Shown in pieces: positions 19,622 to 29,942 of a stretch of DNA of 64,000 nt. Where the stretch lies: the NCBI GenBank assembly GCA_049964975.1, contig JBMFWT010000002.1, positions 41,599 through 105,598 on the forward strand, given 5' to 3'. Each line of letters begins with the position of its first letter. Position 1 is the first letter of the stretch. The position numbers and the translations under genes are program-made. The stretch comes from Acidiphilium sp. (GTDB lineage Bacteria > Pseudomonadota > Alphaproteobacteria > Acetobacterales > Acetobacteraceae). The notes beneath the pieces were generated by a model. It had not been told where the DNA came from and searched no databases. It worked only from the letters and a program-made list of their open reading frames with translations.

Positions 19622-21232
19622 TCAGCGAATAACAGGCACGTCTTCAAACGTATGGTGCGGCGCGGGTGACGGCACCGTCCATTCGAGAGTCGTCGCACCC
19701 TGACCCCAATAATTATCCGCCAAAACTTGCTTGGAGGTAAAAATCCGGAACAGGATGTAAAGGAACACGACCGAGGACGCGCCAGAAATCATCGCCCCAA
19801 CCGAAGACACATAATTCCAGCCGGCAAAAGCGGTCGGGTAGTCCGGATAACGGCGTGGCATGCCGGCCAGACCCAAGAAATGCTGCGGGAAGAAGGTCAG
19901 ATTAACGCCGATGAAGAAGCTCCAGAAATGCACCTTGGCCCAGAATTCGGGATAAGGGCGACCATACATTTTGCCGATCCAGTAGTAAAAACCAGCAAAG
20001 ATCGCAAACACCGACCCCATCGACAGCACATAATGGAAATGCGCGATGATGAAGTAGCTATTGTGCAATTCAGTATCGAGCCCGGCATTGGCGAGCACCA
20101 CACCGGTTGCGCCACCGACCACGAACATAAAAATGAACCCGATGGCCCACAGCATCGGCGTCTTCAACTCAATCGAGCCGCCCCACATCGTTGCCAACCA
20201 GGAGAACACTTTCACACCGGTCGGCACCGCAATCACCAAGGTTGCCGCTTCGAAATAGACTTTGGAATCGACCGAAATGCCCGAGACGAACATATGGTGC
20301 GCCCAAACCACGAAGCCGACGAAGCCGATGGCCACCATCGCGTAGACCATGCCAAGATAGCCGAAAATCGGCTTTTTCGAGAAAGTCGAGACCACATGGC
20401 TGATAATGCCGAACGCCGGCAAAATCATGATGTACACCTCAGGATGGCCGAAGAACCAGAATAGATGCTGGAACAAGACCGGATCACCGCCGCCGCCCGG
20501 CTCGAAGAACGACGTGCCGAAATTGCGGTCCATGATCAACATGGTGATCGCGCCGGCCAGCACCGGAATGGCGAGCAGCAGCAGGAACGCCGTGACCAAA
20601 ATCGACCACACGAACAACGGCATTTTATGCATTGTCATGCCCGGTGCGCGCATGTTCAGGATGGTCGCGATGAAATTGATCGCGCCGAGCAGCGAGGAAA
20701 TACCGGCCAAATGCAGCGAGAACAGGGTGAAATCGACCGCCGGGCCTGGTTGATAGGTGCTATCGGTCAACGGCGGATACAGCGTCCAGCCCACGCCCGA
20801 TCCATGGCCGACTAACAAGCCAAGATTGACGAAAATAAAGCCCATGAACAGGAACCAGAAGCTCATATTATTGAGCCGCGGAAACGCCATGTCCGGCGCG
20901 CCGATCATCATCGGCACGAACCAGTTGCCGAAACCGCCAATCAAAGCCGGCATCACGAAAAAGAAAATCATCAGCAGACCATGCGCGGTGACAATCGCGT
21001 TCCAGGTCTGACCGTTGGTGATGATCGTGTTGTTCGGGTGCATCAATTGCGCACGCATGATCATTGAGAGCACACCGCCCTCGAGGGCGGCAATAATCGC
21101 CCAGGTGATATAGAGCGTGCCAATATCTTTATGATTGGTGCTCATCAGCCAACGGCGCACGAAACTCGGCTTGTGCGCCCCGTGATCATGGGCGCTGTGC
21201 ACATCATGGCCAGGTAGAACGGACGACGACAT
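19622..21232 (-). CDS. ctaD: Cytochrome c oxidase subunit I
   Basis: It has the heme-copper oxidase signature ...[10 protein letters not shown]..., conserved His ligands and 12 TM segments. Confidence 0.97.
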   Translation of the reverse strand: MSSSVLPGHDVHSAHDHGAHKPSFVRRWLMSTNHKDIGTLYITWAIIAALEGGVLSMIMRAQLMHPNNTIITNGQTWNAIVTAHGLLMIFFFVMPALIGGFGNWFVPMMIGAPDMAFPRLNNMSFWFLFMGFIFVNLGLLVGHGSGVGWTLYPPLTDSTYQPGPAVDFTLFSLHLAGISSLLGAINFIATILNMRAPGMTMHKMPLFVWSILVTAFLLLLAIPVLAGAITMLIMDRNFGTSFFEPGGGGDPVLFQHLFWFFGHPEVYIMILPAFGIISHVVSTFSKKPIFGYLGMVYAMVAIGFVGFVVWAHHMFVSGISVDSKVYFEAATLVIAVPTGVKVFSWLATMWGGSIELKTPMLWAIGFIFMFVVGGATGVVLANAGLDTELHNSYFIIAHFHYVLSMGSVFAIFAGFYYWIGKMYGRPYPEFWAKVHFWSFFIGVNLTFFPQHFLGLAGMPRRYPDYPTAFAGWNYVSSVGAMISGASSVVFLYILFRIFTSKQVLADNYWGQGATTLEWTVPSPAPHHTFEDVPVIR

Positions 21233-21272
21233 CGATTACTCTCCTAAAAAACCCGCGAGACGGATTTAATCG

Positions 21273-22208
21273 TTATTTCACTGCGTTGTCGGCTAAAACT
21301 TCATACGGATGAACCTTCGGCACGTTGCCTTGCGCCGCATCCGCTTTCGCCTTTGCCAGCCAAGCTTGGAACTGCTTCATCGGCAGCGCCACGATCTCGA
21401 TCGGCATGTTATCATGGTTCATGCCACAGATCTGGTTGCATTCCCCATAATAAACACCCGGCGCGTCGATTTTTGTCCATTGATGCCAGATTTGCCCAGG
21501 GATCGCGTAACGCTGCACGCCGAGCGAGGGGATGAAGAAGCTATGTAACACATCGCCACTGGTGATTTGGAATACGATTTTCTTGCCCGCCGGCACCACC
21601 AGCGGATGATCGACCGATAATTGCCGGATTTGGCCGGGTTTCAACTTATCCGGCGGGATTGCGTAGGAGGTGAAATCGACGCCCTTGGCGCCATTATAGG
21701 AATATTCCCAATACCATTGATGGCCGGTAACCCGCACCGTCATATACGGATGTTTATAATCCGATTGCTGATAAATCAGGTTCAGTGACGGCACCACCAC
21801 CGCCACCAACAAGATTGCCGGCGCCAGCGTCCAGATCACTTCGATCAAGGTGTTATGCGTCGTCGTCGATGCCACCGGGTTTCGCTTTGCGTTGAACCGG
21901 AACACGATGTAGGCAATCAGCAGACCCACCAGCGCGACCACGCCGAACATCATCCACAGCACATATTGCATCATCCAATCGATGCTTTTCTCAACCGGGC
22001 TGGCGGAGGGCTGCAGCCACCATTCCCAAGGCTGTGGCGCGTGTACCGGCAAGCCTGCCGAATTGGTCGGCAAGCCAGCAGCTTGGGCGGAGTGCACCAA
22101 CGCGGCACCAGCGATGCCCGCCAGAGCTACCCCCGCCAGAGCCACCAAAGCCCACCGCGTCATCATCGAGGCCGATTTGGCCGGTCGCATCGTTATTTGC
22201 CGGGACAA
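21273..22208 (-). CDS. ctaC: Cytochrome c oxidase subunit II
   Basis: It has a signal sequence, two TM segments and the CuA motif H...CNQICGMNHDNM. Confidence 0.93.
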   Translation of the reverse strand: MSRQITMRPAKSASMMTRWALVALAGVALAGIAGAALVHSAQAAGLPTNSAGLPVHAPQPWEWWLQPSASPVEKSIDWMMQYVLWMMFGVVALVGLLIAYIVFRFNAKRNPVASTTTHNTLIEVIWTLAPAILLVAVVVPSLNLIYQQSDYKHPYMTVRVTGHQWYWEYSYNGAKGVDFTSYAIPPDKLKPGQIRQLSVDHPLVVPAGKKIVFQITSGDVLHSFFIPSLGVQRYAIPGQIWHQWTKIDAPGVYYGECNQICGMNHDNMPIEIVALPMKQFQAWLAKAKADAAQGNVPKVHPYEVLADNAVK

Positions 22209-22385
22209 TTCCGAGTTTCCTTCGTTCGATATTCAATCCATTGCCGAGACACGATCACCAAGACATCATCGCGCCCGCATTGTTCCAGAGCCAACCACCA
22301 CCAACAACCGCTGTCGTATAACGTATTATGGCATATATCACTGCACTTCAAGCGCGCTCGATACGTCCATGGCAACAGAAGATTT

Positions 22386-23063
22386 TCAGCGATTAATCAA
22401 CGAAACAAGTTGAAAAATCCCTAATGGTGGCATTTCTGTCACGGAAGTTTCGAGCCGCGCAGTCCCCGCATCCTCTACCGGAAACAGCCGGTCAAGGGTA
22501 AAATCGGGATGCCAGCCCAGACTACGCGAGGCGGGCGTCATCAGCCGCTCGATCCATCCGCGCAGCCCATGATCGATCGCAAAGTGATTGACGAACAAAA
22601 TCAGCCCGTCCGGGCGCACCACGCGGCGCAATTCGCGGGCCAATGCGCGCGGATCCGGCACCACCGAGGCCACGAACATCGCCACCGCGACGTCAAACTG
22701 GCCGGTTTCAAAACCGGTATCCTGGGCGTCCAATTCCAACAAGGCGGCCACATGATCGAGCCGCTCGCGCTGCACGCGCATCCGGGCGCGTTGCAGCATC
22801 TCGGTTGATAAATCAATGCCGATAATGCGTTTGTCACGCCGATAGAGGGGCAAAGCGAGCCCGGTGCCAACCCCTACCTCAAGCACATGCGCGCCCGGTG
22901 CGGCATTCACCGCAGCCACCGCAGCCGCCCGTGCGCGCCGCGACACAGCACCAAACGCGGCATCGTAGATGCCAGCCCACCGCCGATAGGCCTGCCTCAC
23001 ATCATCGGCATCCATCGCGTGGCGCGATAATTGCCGATCCCGCGCCCCTATGCTCTCGCCCAT
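22386..23063 (-). CDS. Class I SAM-dependent methyltransferase (possibly phospholipid N-methyltransferase-like)
   Basis: It has the SAM motif VLEVGVGTGLAL. The N-terminal YRRWAGIYDAAFG resembles bacterial PmtA-type enzymes, but that assignment is tentative. Confidence 0.7.
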   Translation of the reverse strand: MGESIGARDRQLSRHAMDADDVRQAYRRWAGIYDAAFGAVSRRARAAAVAAVNAAPGAHVLEVGVGTGLALPLYRRDKRIIGIDLSTEMLQRARMRVQRERLDHVAALLELDAQDTGFETGQFDVAVAMFVASVVPDPRALARELRRVVRPDGLILFVNHFAIDHGLRGWIERLMTPASRSLGWHPDFTLDRLFPVEDAGTARLETSVTEMPPLGIFQLVSLINR

Positions 23064-23208
23064 TCATCCCCTAATCGGCGCATCCGCGCTGCGCCTCTAG
23101 AACAACGGCCGCTTAGTCCGATCATCCCGATTGATCAGACATCGTTGCATTGACCGCCTCATTGATCCCCTGTGTGCAAGACAGGGCCGATCAGCGCAAG
23201 TCTAATGA

Positions 23209-23760
23209 TTAGGCTGCGTCGCTTCGGCGATCACGCACCCGGACATAGGCGATTTCCGCGTGGGTGGCGCAATAGGGCTTTCCCGTCATCGCCGCGTCAT
23301 CACAGAATCGGAAAGATGCCGTGCCCGGCTCGCCAATGGGCCAACAGCAGGCCGCGACGCGCGGGGTTGACGCAGCGCGCGAGACCAAAGCGGGGGCCAT
23401 GGTCACCCGGCGCACCGGGGAAGGTGCCTTTTCTGGAACGACCTGATCGTCATCAGTCTCCACCAGCGCCGACTCGACGGCCGGTTCGTGCTCGGCCACC
23501 GGGTGCGTGGTGATCGGCGCCACCGGGGTCAATGGCGGCAATGTTGGCCCATGCACCCGGCGCGGGGCTGCTGCACGGCGCGGACCCGACTGAGCGCCAT
23601 CGCGACGAATGGGCGAGGGACGGCCCTGCAAATCCAAACGATGCGCCTTTCCCACCACTGCATTTTTCGATATGCCCAGACGACGGCCGATTTCGGCAGT
23701 GGTCAGCCCCTCGGCCCATAATGCCCGCAACCGGGTGACCAGATCCTCAGACCATTCCAT
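23209..23760 (-). CDS. gcrA: Cell-cycle regulator GcrA
   Basis: It has the N-terminal motif MEWSEDLVTRLRALWAEGLTTAEIGRRLGISKNAVVGKAHRL and a conserved C-terminus CxWPIG...FCD....PYC..H. Confidence 0.85.
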   Translation of the reverse strand: MEWSEDLVTRLRALWAEGLTTAEIGRRLGISKNAVVGKAHRLDLQGRPSPIRRDGAQSGPRRAAAPRRVHGPTLPPLTPVAPITTHPVAEHEPAVESALVETDDDQVVPEKAPSPVRRVTMAPALVSRAASTPRVAACCWPIGEPGTASFRFCDDAAMTGKPYCATHAEIAYVRVRDRRSDAA

Positions 23761-23867
23761 GCTCAGCCTCCATTGATATACCAAATACGGTATAGCAGAG
23801 GCCAGCTATCCTCAATATATAGTTGGGCGGCGCAGCGAAGATTTCTGTGGAAAACTACCGCGACGGG

Positions 23868-24416
23868 TCACTTAATCGCTTCATTGGCAAAATCGCCCCA
23901 AAAATCGCGCCGCCGCAGCCATCCGGTGCGATGATCGACCAGAACCCGGCACCAAGCCGATCCGGCATCGCAGCGGCGGATCACCCCGACCACGCCCTTA
24001 TCCACGTACGCGACCGGCTCACCATCCGCCGTGGGTTGTGCGCGCACCGTATGGCGCCCGCCAATCACGATGAAGCCACGTGTGCCATGGAGCAGCGCCT
24101 CATGGATCCAGCCCGTCGCGCCATCGGGGAGCAGCACTTTGCGCCACACATTGAACTCACCGATCACCTCAACGGGCATATCGCGCCAATGATAATCCCA
24201 TAAAATCGGGTAGCGGAAACCGGGCCCCGCGCGCACATAGGCTTTGTCGGTTGCCAAGCTTTCAAAGCGCGGCACCGGCCAGCCGGTTGATTTACCCACG
24301 GCAGGGCCAGGGCCAGCCCCCACTTGGGGTGCGTGCCAGCCGGCCAAAAACAGCGGGAGCAGGGCCAATCCGAGCGCACGTTTGACCGATTTTGGCTTGT
24401 TGATGGACTTAATCAT
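23868..24416 (-). CDS. Secreted SH3b-domain protein
   Basis: It has a signal peptide [26 protein letters not shown] and tandem SH3-like segments (PVPRF...YVRAGPG...WR). The ATG at 24416 overlaps the upstream gene's end by 8 nt. Confidence 0.6.
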   Translation of the reverse strand: MIKSINKPKSVKRALGLALLPLFLAGWHAPQVGAGPGPAVGKSTGWPVPRFESLATDKAYVRAGPGFRYPILWDYHWRDMPVEVIGEFNVWRKVLLPDGATGWIHEALLHGTRGFIVIGGRHTVRAQPTADGEPVAYVDKGVVGVIRRCDAGSAWCRVLVDHRTGWLRRRDFWGDFANEAIK

Positions 24417-25188
24417 CGAGTCGCTCCCCGCCACACACGGCGCAGTCAGGATTTCGCGGGATGCCAATACGCCGGAACTGCATATCCAGCGCGTCCCACA
24501 GCAGCAAAACGCCGGCGAGCGAGGTGCCAATGCCCAGAATTTCCTTCATCGCCTCGGTCGCTTGCAATACGCCCATCACCCCGGTCACCGGCCCGAGCAC
24601 CCCGGCCTCCGAGCAGCGCGGCACCAGCCCCGCCGGCGGTGGTTCGGGATATAAACACCGATAGCAGGGGCAATGCGCCCCTTCATGCGGCTTGAAGGTT
24701 GATAATTGCCCCTCGAAGCGCAACACCGCCGCCGAGATTAAGGTTCGCTTGGCGCGCACGCAGGCATCTGCGACCAAAAATCGCGTCTCAAAATTATCGG
24801 TGCCATCCAACACCAGATCATAACCGGCCACGAATTGATTAACATTGCTGGCATCGATCCGCGCCGGGTGGGCCTCAATTGTCACCAGTCTATTGACCGC
24901 GGCCATCGCCACCGCCGCTGACGCCGTTTTCGCCATACCAATCCGCGCCTCGCTATGGGCAATCTGACGCTGCAAATTCGATAGCTCGACCTGGTCGTGA
25001 TCGATCAAGCCGATCCGTCCGATGCCCGCCGCCGCCAGATACAGCGCCGCCGGCGAGCCTAACCCGCCAGCCCCGATAATGAGCACTGAGGCCGCCCGCA
25101 GCCGTGCCTGCCCGATGCCGCCCACTTCCTTCAACAAGATATGGCGTGAATAGCGGGTAATCTCGGCTTCAGAGAAATCTAAAATCAT
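24409..25188 (-). CDS. HesA/MoeB/ThiF-family adenylyltransferase (molybdopterin-synthase adenylyltransferase-like)
   Basis: It has the motif RYSRHILL...GGIGQ, the nucleotide loop IGAGGLGSP, and the Cys pairs CPCYRC and CAVCG. Confidence 0.85.
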   Translation of the reverse strand: MILDFSEAEITRYSRHILLKEVGGIGQARLRAASVLIIGAGGLGSPAALYLAAAGIGRIGLIDHDQVELSNLQRQIAHSEARIGMAKTASAAVAMAAVNRLVTIEAHPARIDASNVNQFVAGYDLVLDGTDNFETRFLVADACVRAKRTLISAAVLRFEGQLSTFKPHEGAHCPCYRCLYPEPPPAGLVPRCSEAGVLGPVTGVMGVLQATEAMKEILGIGTSLAGVLLLWDALDMQFRRIGIPRNPDCAVCGGERLDD

Positions 25189-25272
25189 CGGTTGGGAATC
25201 GCACCCTCAGCGCGGTTTATCAAGAGCAACCCGGCCCTTGATCGAAGCGCCAACACCGGGCAGGGTCACGAC

Positions 25273-26013
25273 ATGCCCGCGCCCCATCCGTCAAACCCAG
25301 CCCATGCCGCCCTTGTGCTATTCTCCGGCGGCCAGGACAGTGCTACCTGCCTCGCTGACGCGCTGGCGCGGTATCAGCGCGTTGAAACAATTGGATTTTT
25401 CTATGGGCAGCGCCACGCAATCGAAATTGAGTGTCGCGAACCGCTGCGCAGTGCCATTGCCGCCGCCTCACCGTTCGGCGACCGGCTCGGCCCAGATCAT
25501 ATGCTGAATATCGAACCGGCGCTGACCGCACTCGGCGCAACCGCGATGACCAGCGCGATGGAAATTACCTTCACCGCGTCGGGCCTGCCCAGCACCTTTG
25601 TGCCTGGCCGCAACTTGTTGTTTCTCACCTACGCGGCAGCCCTCGCCTATCGGCGTGATGTGCAGGCGGTGGTCGGCGGGATGTGCGAGACCGATTATTC
25701 AGGGTACCCCGATTGCCGCGCGAGCACGATGGCCGCGATGCAGTCGGCGCTGACCCTGGGGCTTGATCGGCCAATCCTGATCGATACCCCTCTGATGTAT
25801 CTCGACAAAGCGGCCACTTGGCGCTTGGCCGAGCGCCTGGGCGGGGCGGGCTTGGTTGAGGCTATTCGCGTGCTCTCGCATAGTTGCTACCGAGGTGATC
25901 GACGCCATCTACATGAATGGGGCTATGGCTGCGATGATTGTCCGGCTTGCGCATTGCGCAAATCAGGGTGGATGCGCTACCGGCACTTGCCGAATGACGG
26001 AGCGAGCCGATAG
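25273..26013 (+). CDS. queC: 7-cyano-7-deazaguanine synthase
   Basis: It has the PP-loop [11 protein letters not shown] and a C-terminal zinc Cys cluster C...CDDCPAC. The ATG at 25273 is preferred. Confidence 0.9.
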   Translation: MPAPHPSNPAHAALVLFSGGQDSATCLADALARYQRVETIGFFYGQRHAIEIECREPLRSAIAAASPFGDRLGPDHMLNIEPALTALGATAMTSAMEITFTASGLPSTFVPGRNLLFLTYAAALAYRRDVQAVVGGMCETDYSGYPDCRASTMAAMQSALTLGLDRPILIDTPLMYLDKAATWRLAERLGGAGLVEAIRVLSHSCYRGDRRHLHEWGYGCDDCPACALRKSGWMRYRHLPNDGASR

Positions 26014-26125
26014 ATATTGGATCAGGCCTGTGGTATAATTCATGGGTTTATATCGCAGTGGCATGCGTCGGCTGTCTGCCCGCTTTTGGGTTAATGACGC
26101 GTTGAGAGAATGGGTCTAGCGAATT

Positions 26126-27538
26126 ATGAAGGCGATTAACTCCATCCGCATGGGCGGCGTCGATGTCCTGCCCCTGGTGGAGGGTGGCAAAGGCGTTGCA
26201 GTTTCAAATGGACTGTCGGCCGGCCATTGGGCCGCCGCCGGTGGGGTTGGCACGATCAGTGCGGTCAATGCTGATAGCTATGATGCCAGCGGCCAGCCGA
26301 TCCCGCAAATCTATCATGGCCGCACCCGGCGCGATCGCCACGAAGAACTTATCGCTTACGCCATTCAAGGCGGTATTACGCAGGCCCGACGCGCTTATGA
26401 ATCCTCGAACGGCCAGGGCCGGATCAATGCCAATATCCTGTGGGAAATGGGCGGCGCGGAGCGGGTGATCACCGGCATTCTCGAAGGCGCTAAAGGCCTG
26501 ATCAACGGCATCACCTGTGGGGCTGGCATGCCGTATCGCCTCTCAGAAATCGCCGCCAAATTCAACGTGCATTATTACCCGATCATTTCCTCGGCCCGCG
26601 CCTTCAACGCGCTCTGGCGCCGGGCTTACCATCGGGTTTCAGATCTGCTCGGCGGCGTGGTGTATGAAGACCCGTGGCTGGCTGGTGGCCATAACGGCCT
26701 GTCGAATGGCGAAGACCCGACCAAGCCGGAAAGCCCACTGCCGCGGGTCATTGCATTGCGCAAGCAGATGCGCGAATTCGGCCTCGGCGAAACGCCGATT
26801 ATTATGGCCGGTGGCGTGTGGTGGCTCGAAGAATGGGAAGATTGGATCGATAATCCCGAACTCGGCCCGATCGCTTTTCAATTTGGCACCCGCCCGCTGC
26901 TTACCCAGGAAAGCCCGATTAGCGATGCATGGAAACAGCGCCTGCTGACGCTGCAAGAGGGCGATATTTTCCTTAATCGCTTCTCACCGACCGGATTTTA
27001 TTCGAGTGCGGTGAATAATGATTTCATCGGTGATTTGCGCGCGCGCTCAGAACGCCAAATTCCATACACCACCGAGGCTGTCGGCGAGCACACCGCCGAA
27101 TTGCCGATTGGGCCACGCCAGCGCATCATTTACGTGACGCCGGGCGATCTCAACCGCGCCCAGGCCTGGATGGCACAGGGATATTCAGAAGCGTTACGCA
27201 CCCCGGATCAAACCATGGTGTTCGTGACGCCGGAAGCCTCCGAAGCGATCCGGCACGATCAGGTCAATTGCATGGGCTGTCTCTCGCATTGCCGGTTCTC
27301 CAACTGGTCGCAGGAGGGCCCGGATTACGATAATGGCAAAAAGGCTGACCCGCGCAGCTTTTGCATCCAAAAGACCCTGCAGGACATTATTCACGATCAT
27401 GATGATCCGGCCTCGGTCGATCACAATTTGATGTTTAGCGGCCATAATGGCTACCGCTTCGCGCGCGATCCGTTCTATTCTAATGGCTTCATTCCTTCGG
27501 TGAAGGAATTGGTTGAACGGATTATGACGGGACGTTGA
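26126..27538 (+). CDS. Nitronate monooxygenase family flavoprotein (long form)
   Basis: It is NMO/2-nitropropane dioxygenase-like, with VLPLVEGGKGV, GAGMPY and MAGGVWW. Confidence 0.75.
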   Translation: MKAINSIRMGGVDVLPLVEGGKGVAVSNGLSAGHWAAAGGVGTISAVNADSYDASGQPIPQIYHGRTRRDRHEELIAYAIQGGITQARRAYESSNGQGRINANILWEMGGAERVITGILEGAKGLINGITCGAGMPYRLSEIAAKFNVHYYPIISSARAFNALWRRAYHRVSDLLGGVVYEDPWLAGGHNGLSNGEDPTKPESPLPRVIALRKQMREFGLGETPIIMAGGVWWLEEWEDWIDNPELGPIAFQFGTRPLLTQESPISDAWKQRLLTLQEGDIFLNRFSPTGFYSSAVNNDFIGDLRARSERQIPYTTEAVGEHTAELPIGPRQRIIYVTPGDLNRAQAWMAQGYSEALRTPDQTMVFVTPEASEAIRHDQVNCMGCLSHCRFSNWSQEGPDYDNGKKADPRSFCIQKTLQDIIHDHDDPASVDHNLMFSGHNGYRFARDPFYSNGFIPSVKELVERIMTGR

Positions 27539-27613
27539 ATGATCACCTGGTCTTGCCGGACCCAAAGCGCGGTTGCGCGACTTTATCGGTCATCGTGGTA
27601 AAGCTTGCGCCGC

Positions 27614-27671
27614 GCATGACCGGTCGATCACGTCAGGCCGCCGCATGACCTACCGATCACGTCAGGCGCCG
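27614..27671 (+). repeat. 29-bp imperfect tandem duplication spanning the bpt start codon
   Basis: Copy 1 (27614-27642) is gcatgaccggtcgatcacgtcaggccgcc. Copy 2 (27643-27671) is gcatgacctaccgatcacgtcaggcgccg. They match at 23 of 29 positions. Confidence 0.7.
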
Positions 27672-28439
27672 CAGTTTTTTTATACCACGGCCTCCCTGCC
27701 CTGCCCCTATGTCGAGGGCCGAACTGAGCGCAAAGTGGTCACGGATCTGGCCGGGCTTAACGCCGATACGCTGCATGATCGGCTCTCACGAGGCGGCTTT
27801 CGGCGCAGTCACAACATCGCTTACGCGCCGGTTTGCCCGGGTTGTCGTTCCTGCATTCCGATACGAATTCGCGCCGCTGAGTTCGTGCCGAGCCGCACCC
27901 AGCGCCGCATCGCTGCTGCCAATGCTGATCTGCACGCCTATGAGATGCCGCCCCGCGCGACGGGTGAGCAATTTTTGCTGTTCCAGCGCTATCAGCGCAC
28001 CCGCCACGGCGATGGCGATATGGCGTCGATGAGTTTCTATGATTACCGCGCCATGGTCGAAGACACGCCAATTGAAACATGGCTGGTTGAGTTTCGCGAC
28101 AAGGAAGACCGGTTGATCGGCGGTTGCCTGACCGATCGGCTGACCGATGGTCTCTCCGCCGTTTATTCTTTTTACGCCCCGGAATTGCCGCGCCGCTCAC
28201 TGGGCACACAGGCCATTCTCTGGTTGGTCACCCGTGCGCAGGAATTAAAGCTACCGTATGTTTATCTGGGCTATTGGGTGCCTGAGAGCCCGAAAATGGC
28301 GTATAAGGCGCGGTTCAGCCAGTCCGAAGTGCTGATCGGCAATAGCTGGATCGACCTCGCATCCCAATCACAATTCCCTGCCGTCAGCATTCCCCATCAA
28401 CCCATCGTGGTGCCCAGCGCCCCGATGTCCACCGGCTGA
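27645..28439 (+). CDS. bpt: Arginyl-tRNA-protein transferase family (bacterial Bpt, Asp/Glu leucyltransferase)
   Basis: It has the N-terminal motif FFYTTASLPCPYVEGRTERK, the motifs GFRRSHN and CPGCRSC, and an ATE_C-like C-terminal half. Confidence 0.85.
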   Translation: MTYRSRQAPQFFYTTASLPCPYVEGRTERKVVTDLAGLNADTLHDRLSRGGFRRSHNIAYAPVCPGCRSCIPIRIRAAEFVPSRTQRRIAAANADLHAYEMPPRATGEQFLLFQRYQRTRHGDGDMASMSFYDYRAMVEDTPIETWLVEFRDKEDRLIGGCLTDRLTDGLSAVYSFYAPELPRRSLGTQAILWLVTRAQELKLPYVYLGYWVPESPKMAYKARFSQSEVLIGNSWIDLASQSQFPAVSIPHQPIVVPSAPMSTG

Positions 28440-28468
28440 TCCATCAGCCGCATCAGCAGGAGTTTCCA

Positions 28469-28990
28469 ATGCTGCATACGCCACCCGCTTTACATCGCCC
28501 TGCTGCACAGCGCAGCGCCGCTATCCAGCCGGCTGCCATGTCGGTCCAAGCTGCCGGCAAGCCGATCTATGTCCATATGAACGGCGCCAACATGTTTTTG
28601 GAGCGCACCGTGTTCGCAGCCCCCGGCCAGACGGTGATTTTCGTGAATGAGGATACCGGTGGCCATACGATCATTGGCTATAATCCGGTGACCGGTGCCA
28701 CCAGCAAACGGTTTGACGGCGCTGTTGCAGGCACCAAAGGGCCTGGCCACAAGGTCGCGACCTACAGCATCAGCTTCAAGCATCAGGGCGTTCATGATTA
28801 TTATTGCTCGGTTCACGCCATCATCGCCAAAGAGCCGGGCAATCGCTTCGTTGCCAAAGTACGACCGGGTGTGCATGGCTTTGGTGATCCAATGGCCGGG
28901 CGGATTATCGTGACCACCGATCCAAGATTGCTGGCCGAGAACCCGGCGACCGCGCATACCAAAATTCTGCCCGGCTATTTCGGCGGCTGA
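28469..28990 (+). CDS. Cupredoxin-like protein
   Basis: An AGGAG SD lies 7 nt upstream of the ATG. Candidate type-1 Cu ligands are GGHTI (His), YYCSVH (Cys, His) and PMAG (Met). No signal peptide is obvious. Confidence 0.45.
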   Translation: MLHTPPALHRPAAQRSAAIQPAAMSVQAAGKPIYVHMNGANMFLERTVFAAPGQTVIFVNEDTGGHTIIGYNPVTGATSKRFDGAVAGTKGPGHKVATYSISFKHQGVHDYYCSVHAIIAKEPGNRFVAKVRPGVHGFGDPMAGRIIVTTDPRLLAENPATAHTKILPGYFGG

Positions 28991-29010
28991 GCGCGATATC
29001 GCCCGCCGAC

Positions 29011-29703
29011 TTAGCGCAGGGCAAAACGGCCCAGCACCAGCCCGCGCAAGCGGGCCGAGTCGCGGATTAAAATCCGCCCCGGCGCGAGCGTGATCAGGCC
29101 GGCGGCCTCGATCTCTTGGAGCTTACGGTTCACCGTCTCGCGCGCGGCGCCGACCACGCGGGCCAGCTCATTCTGGGTGATATCGACCCGATCAATCCCG
29201 CGCTGCTCGACCAGCTGTGCCAAATGACCGAGAATTCGGCTCTGCACGTCCTGAAACAACAAAGCATCCAATTGGGATAAAGTCGCACGCAGCCGTAGAC
29301 AAATAATCTCGATCACCCGGCGGGCAAATTCACCGTCCCGCTCCAGAACCTGCAGCATCGCCGATCGCTCGATGACCAGCAACCGTCCATTGGTCGCAGC
29401 AACAGCATCGGCACTGCGCGGCTTGCCGTCGAACAACGCGATCTCGCCAAACACCGCCCCTGCCGATAACCGGTTCAAAACCTGATCATCACGCTGCTCG
29501 CCAGGTAGTATGATCCGCACCTCGCCCGCCAAGATCACCATCATCGAGACGCCCGGATCACCGCGCTGGAACAAAACCTCATCACGGCGCATTGCCCGCT
29601 CGCGCGCGCAGGACAGCAACACATCGAAATCGTGGTCACTGAAAGAACTAAACAAATCGGTTCGGGCCAAAAACTGCCGTGCGTCGCGCACCGTTGTGCT
29701 CAT
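29011..29703 (-). CDS. Crp/Fnr-family transcriptional regulator (CRP-like: cNMP-binding domain plus HTH)
   Basis: It has a cNMP-binding fold (FGEIALFDGKPRSADA). The C-terminal HTH has the recognition helix ARETVNRKL, with R-E-x3-R as in E. coli CRP RETVGR. There is no N-terminal Cys cluster. The ATG at 29703 is preferred over the track start at 30012. Confidence 0.85.
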   Translation of the reverse strand: MSTTVRDARQFLARTDLFSSFSDHDFDVLLSCARERAMRRDEVLFQRGDPGVSMMVILAGEVRIILPGEQRDDQVLNRLSAGAVFGEIALFDGKPRSADAVAATNGRLLVIERSAMLQVLERDGEFARRVIEIICLRLRATLSQLDALLFQDVQSRILGHLAQLVEQRGIDRVDITQNELARVVGAARETVNRKLQEIEAAGLITLAPGRILIRDSARLRGLVLGRFALR

Positions 29704-29757
29704 TTGCTGATTCTCATCATGCACCCCCCATTTGGCGAATAATTTTAGTTTATGATC

Positions 29758-29791
29758 AAAAAAAAACCGGTCCGCAATGCGAACCGGTTTT
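29758..29791 (-). terminator. Strong intrinsic terminator, mainly for minus-strand transcripts
   Basis: The stem CCGGTCCG (29767-29774) pairs with CGAACCGG (29780-29787) with 1 mismatch and a 5-nt loop. It is flanked by 9 A (29758-29766), which read as a U-run on the minus strand, and by TTTT on the plus strand. Confidence 0.7.
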
Positions 29792-29942
29792 CGAGCCTCT
29801 AAAATCACAGCGCTTGAGAACACGTTGAGTCGAATTCTCAGTCCTATTATCGCGGGAGCCCTGACCAAACAGTGCTTGGCCCGGTTAAATATCGTCGTCG
29901 CGTCATCGACCCGCCCAAGCCTTCGACGCGACTTAACCCAGA

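Noticed and set aside
26028-26040. TGGTATAAT (an extended -10-like element) lies upstream of the nitronate monooxygenase gene.
   Set aside because: It is a plausible promoter element, but it is a single hexamer match with no -35 and no other support. That is too weak to report as a feature.
29792-29942. A possible 19-codon ORF (MTRRRYLTGPSTVWSGLPR) or an sRNA might lie in the 150-nt 3' region of the small-peptide gene.
   Set aside because: It has no convincing SD and sits inside or against an 8-bp stem-loop. A structured 3' UTR explains the region more simply.
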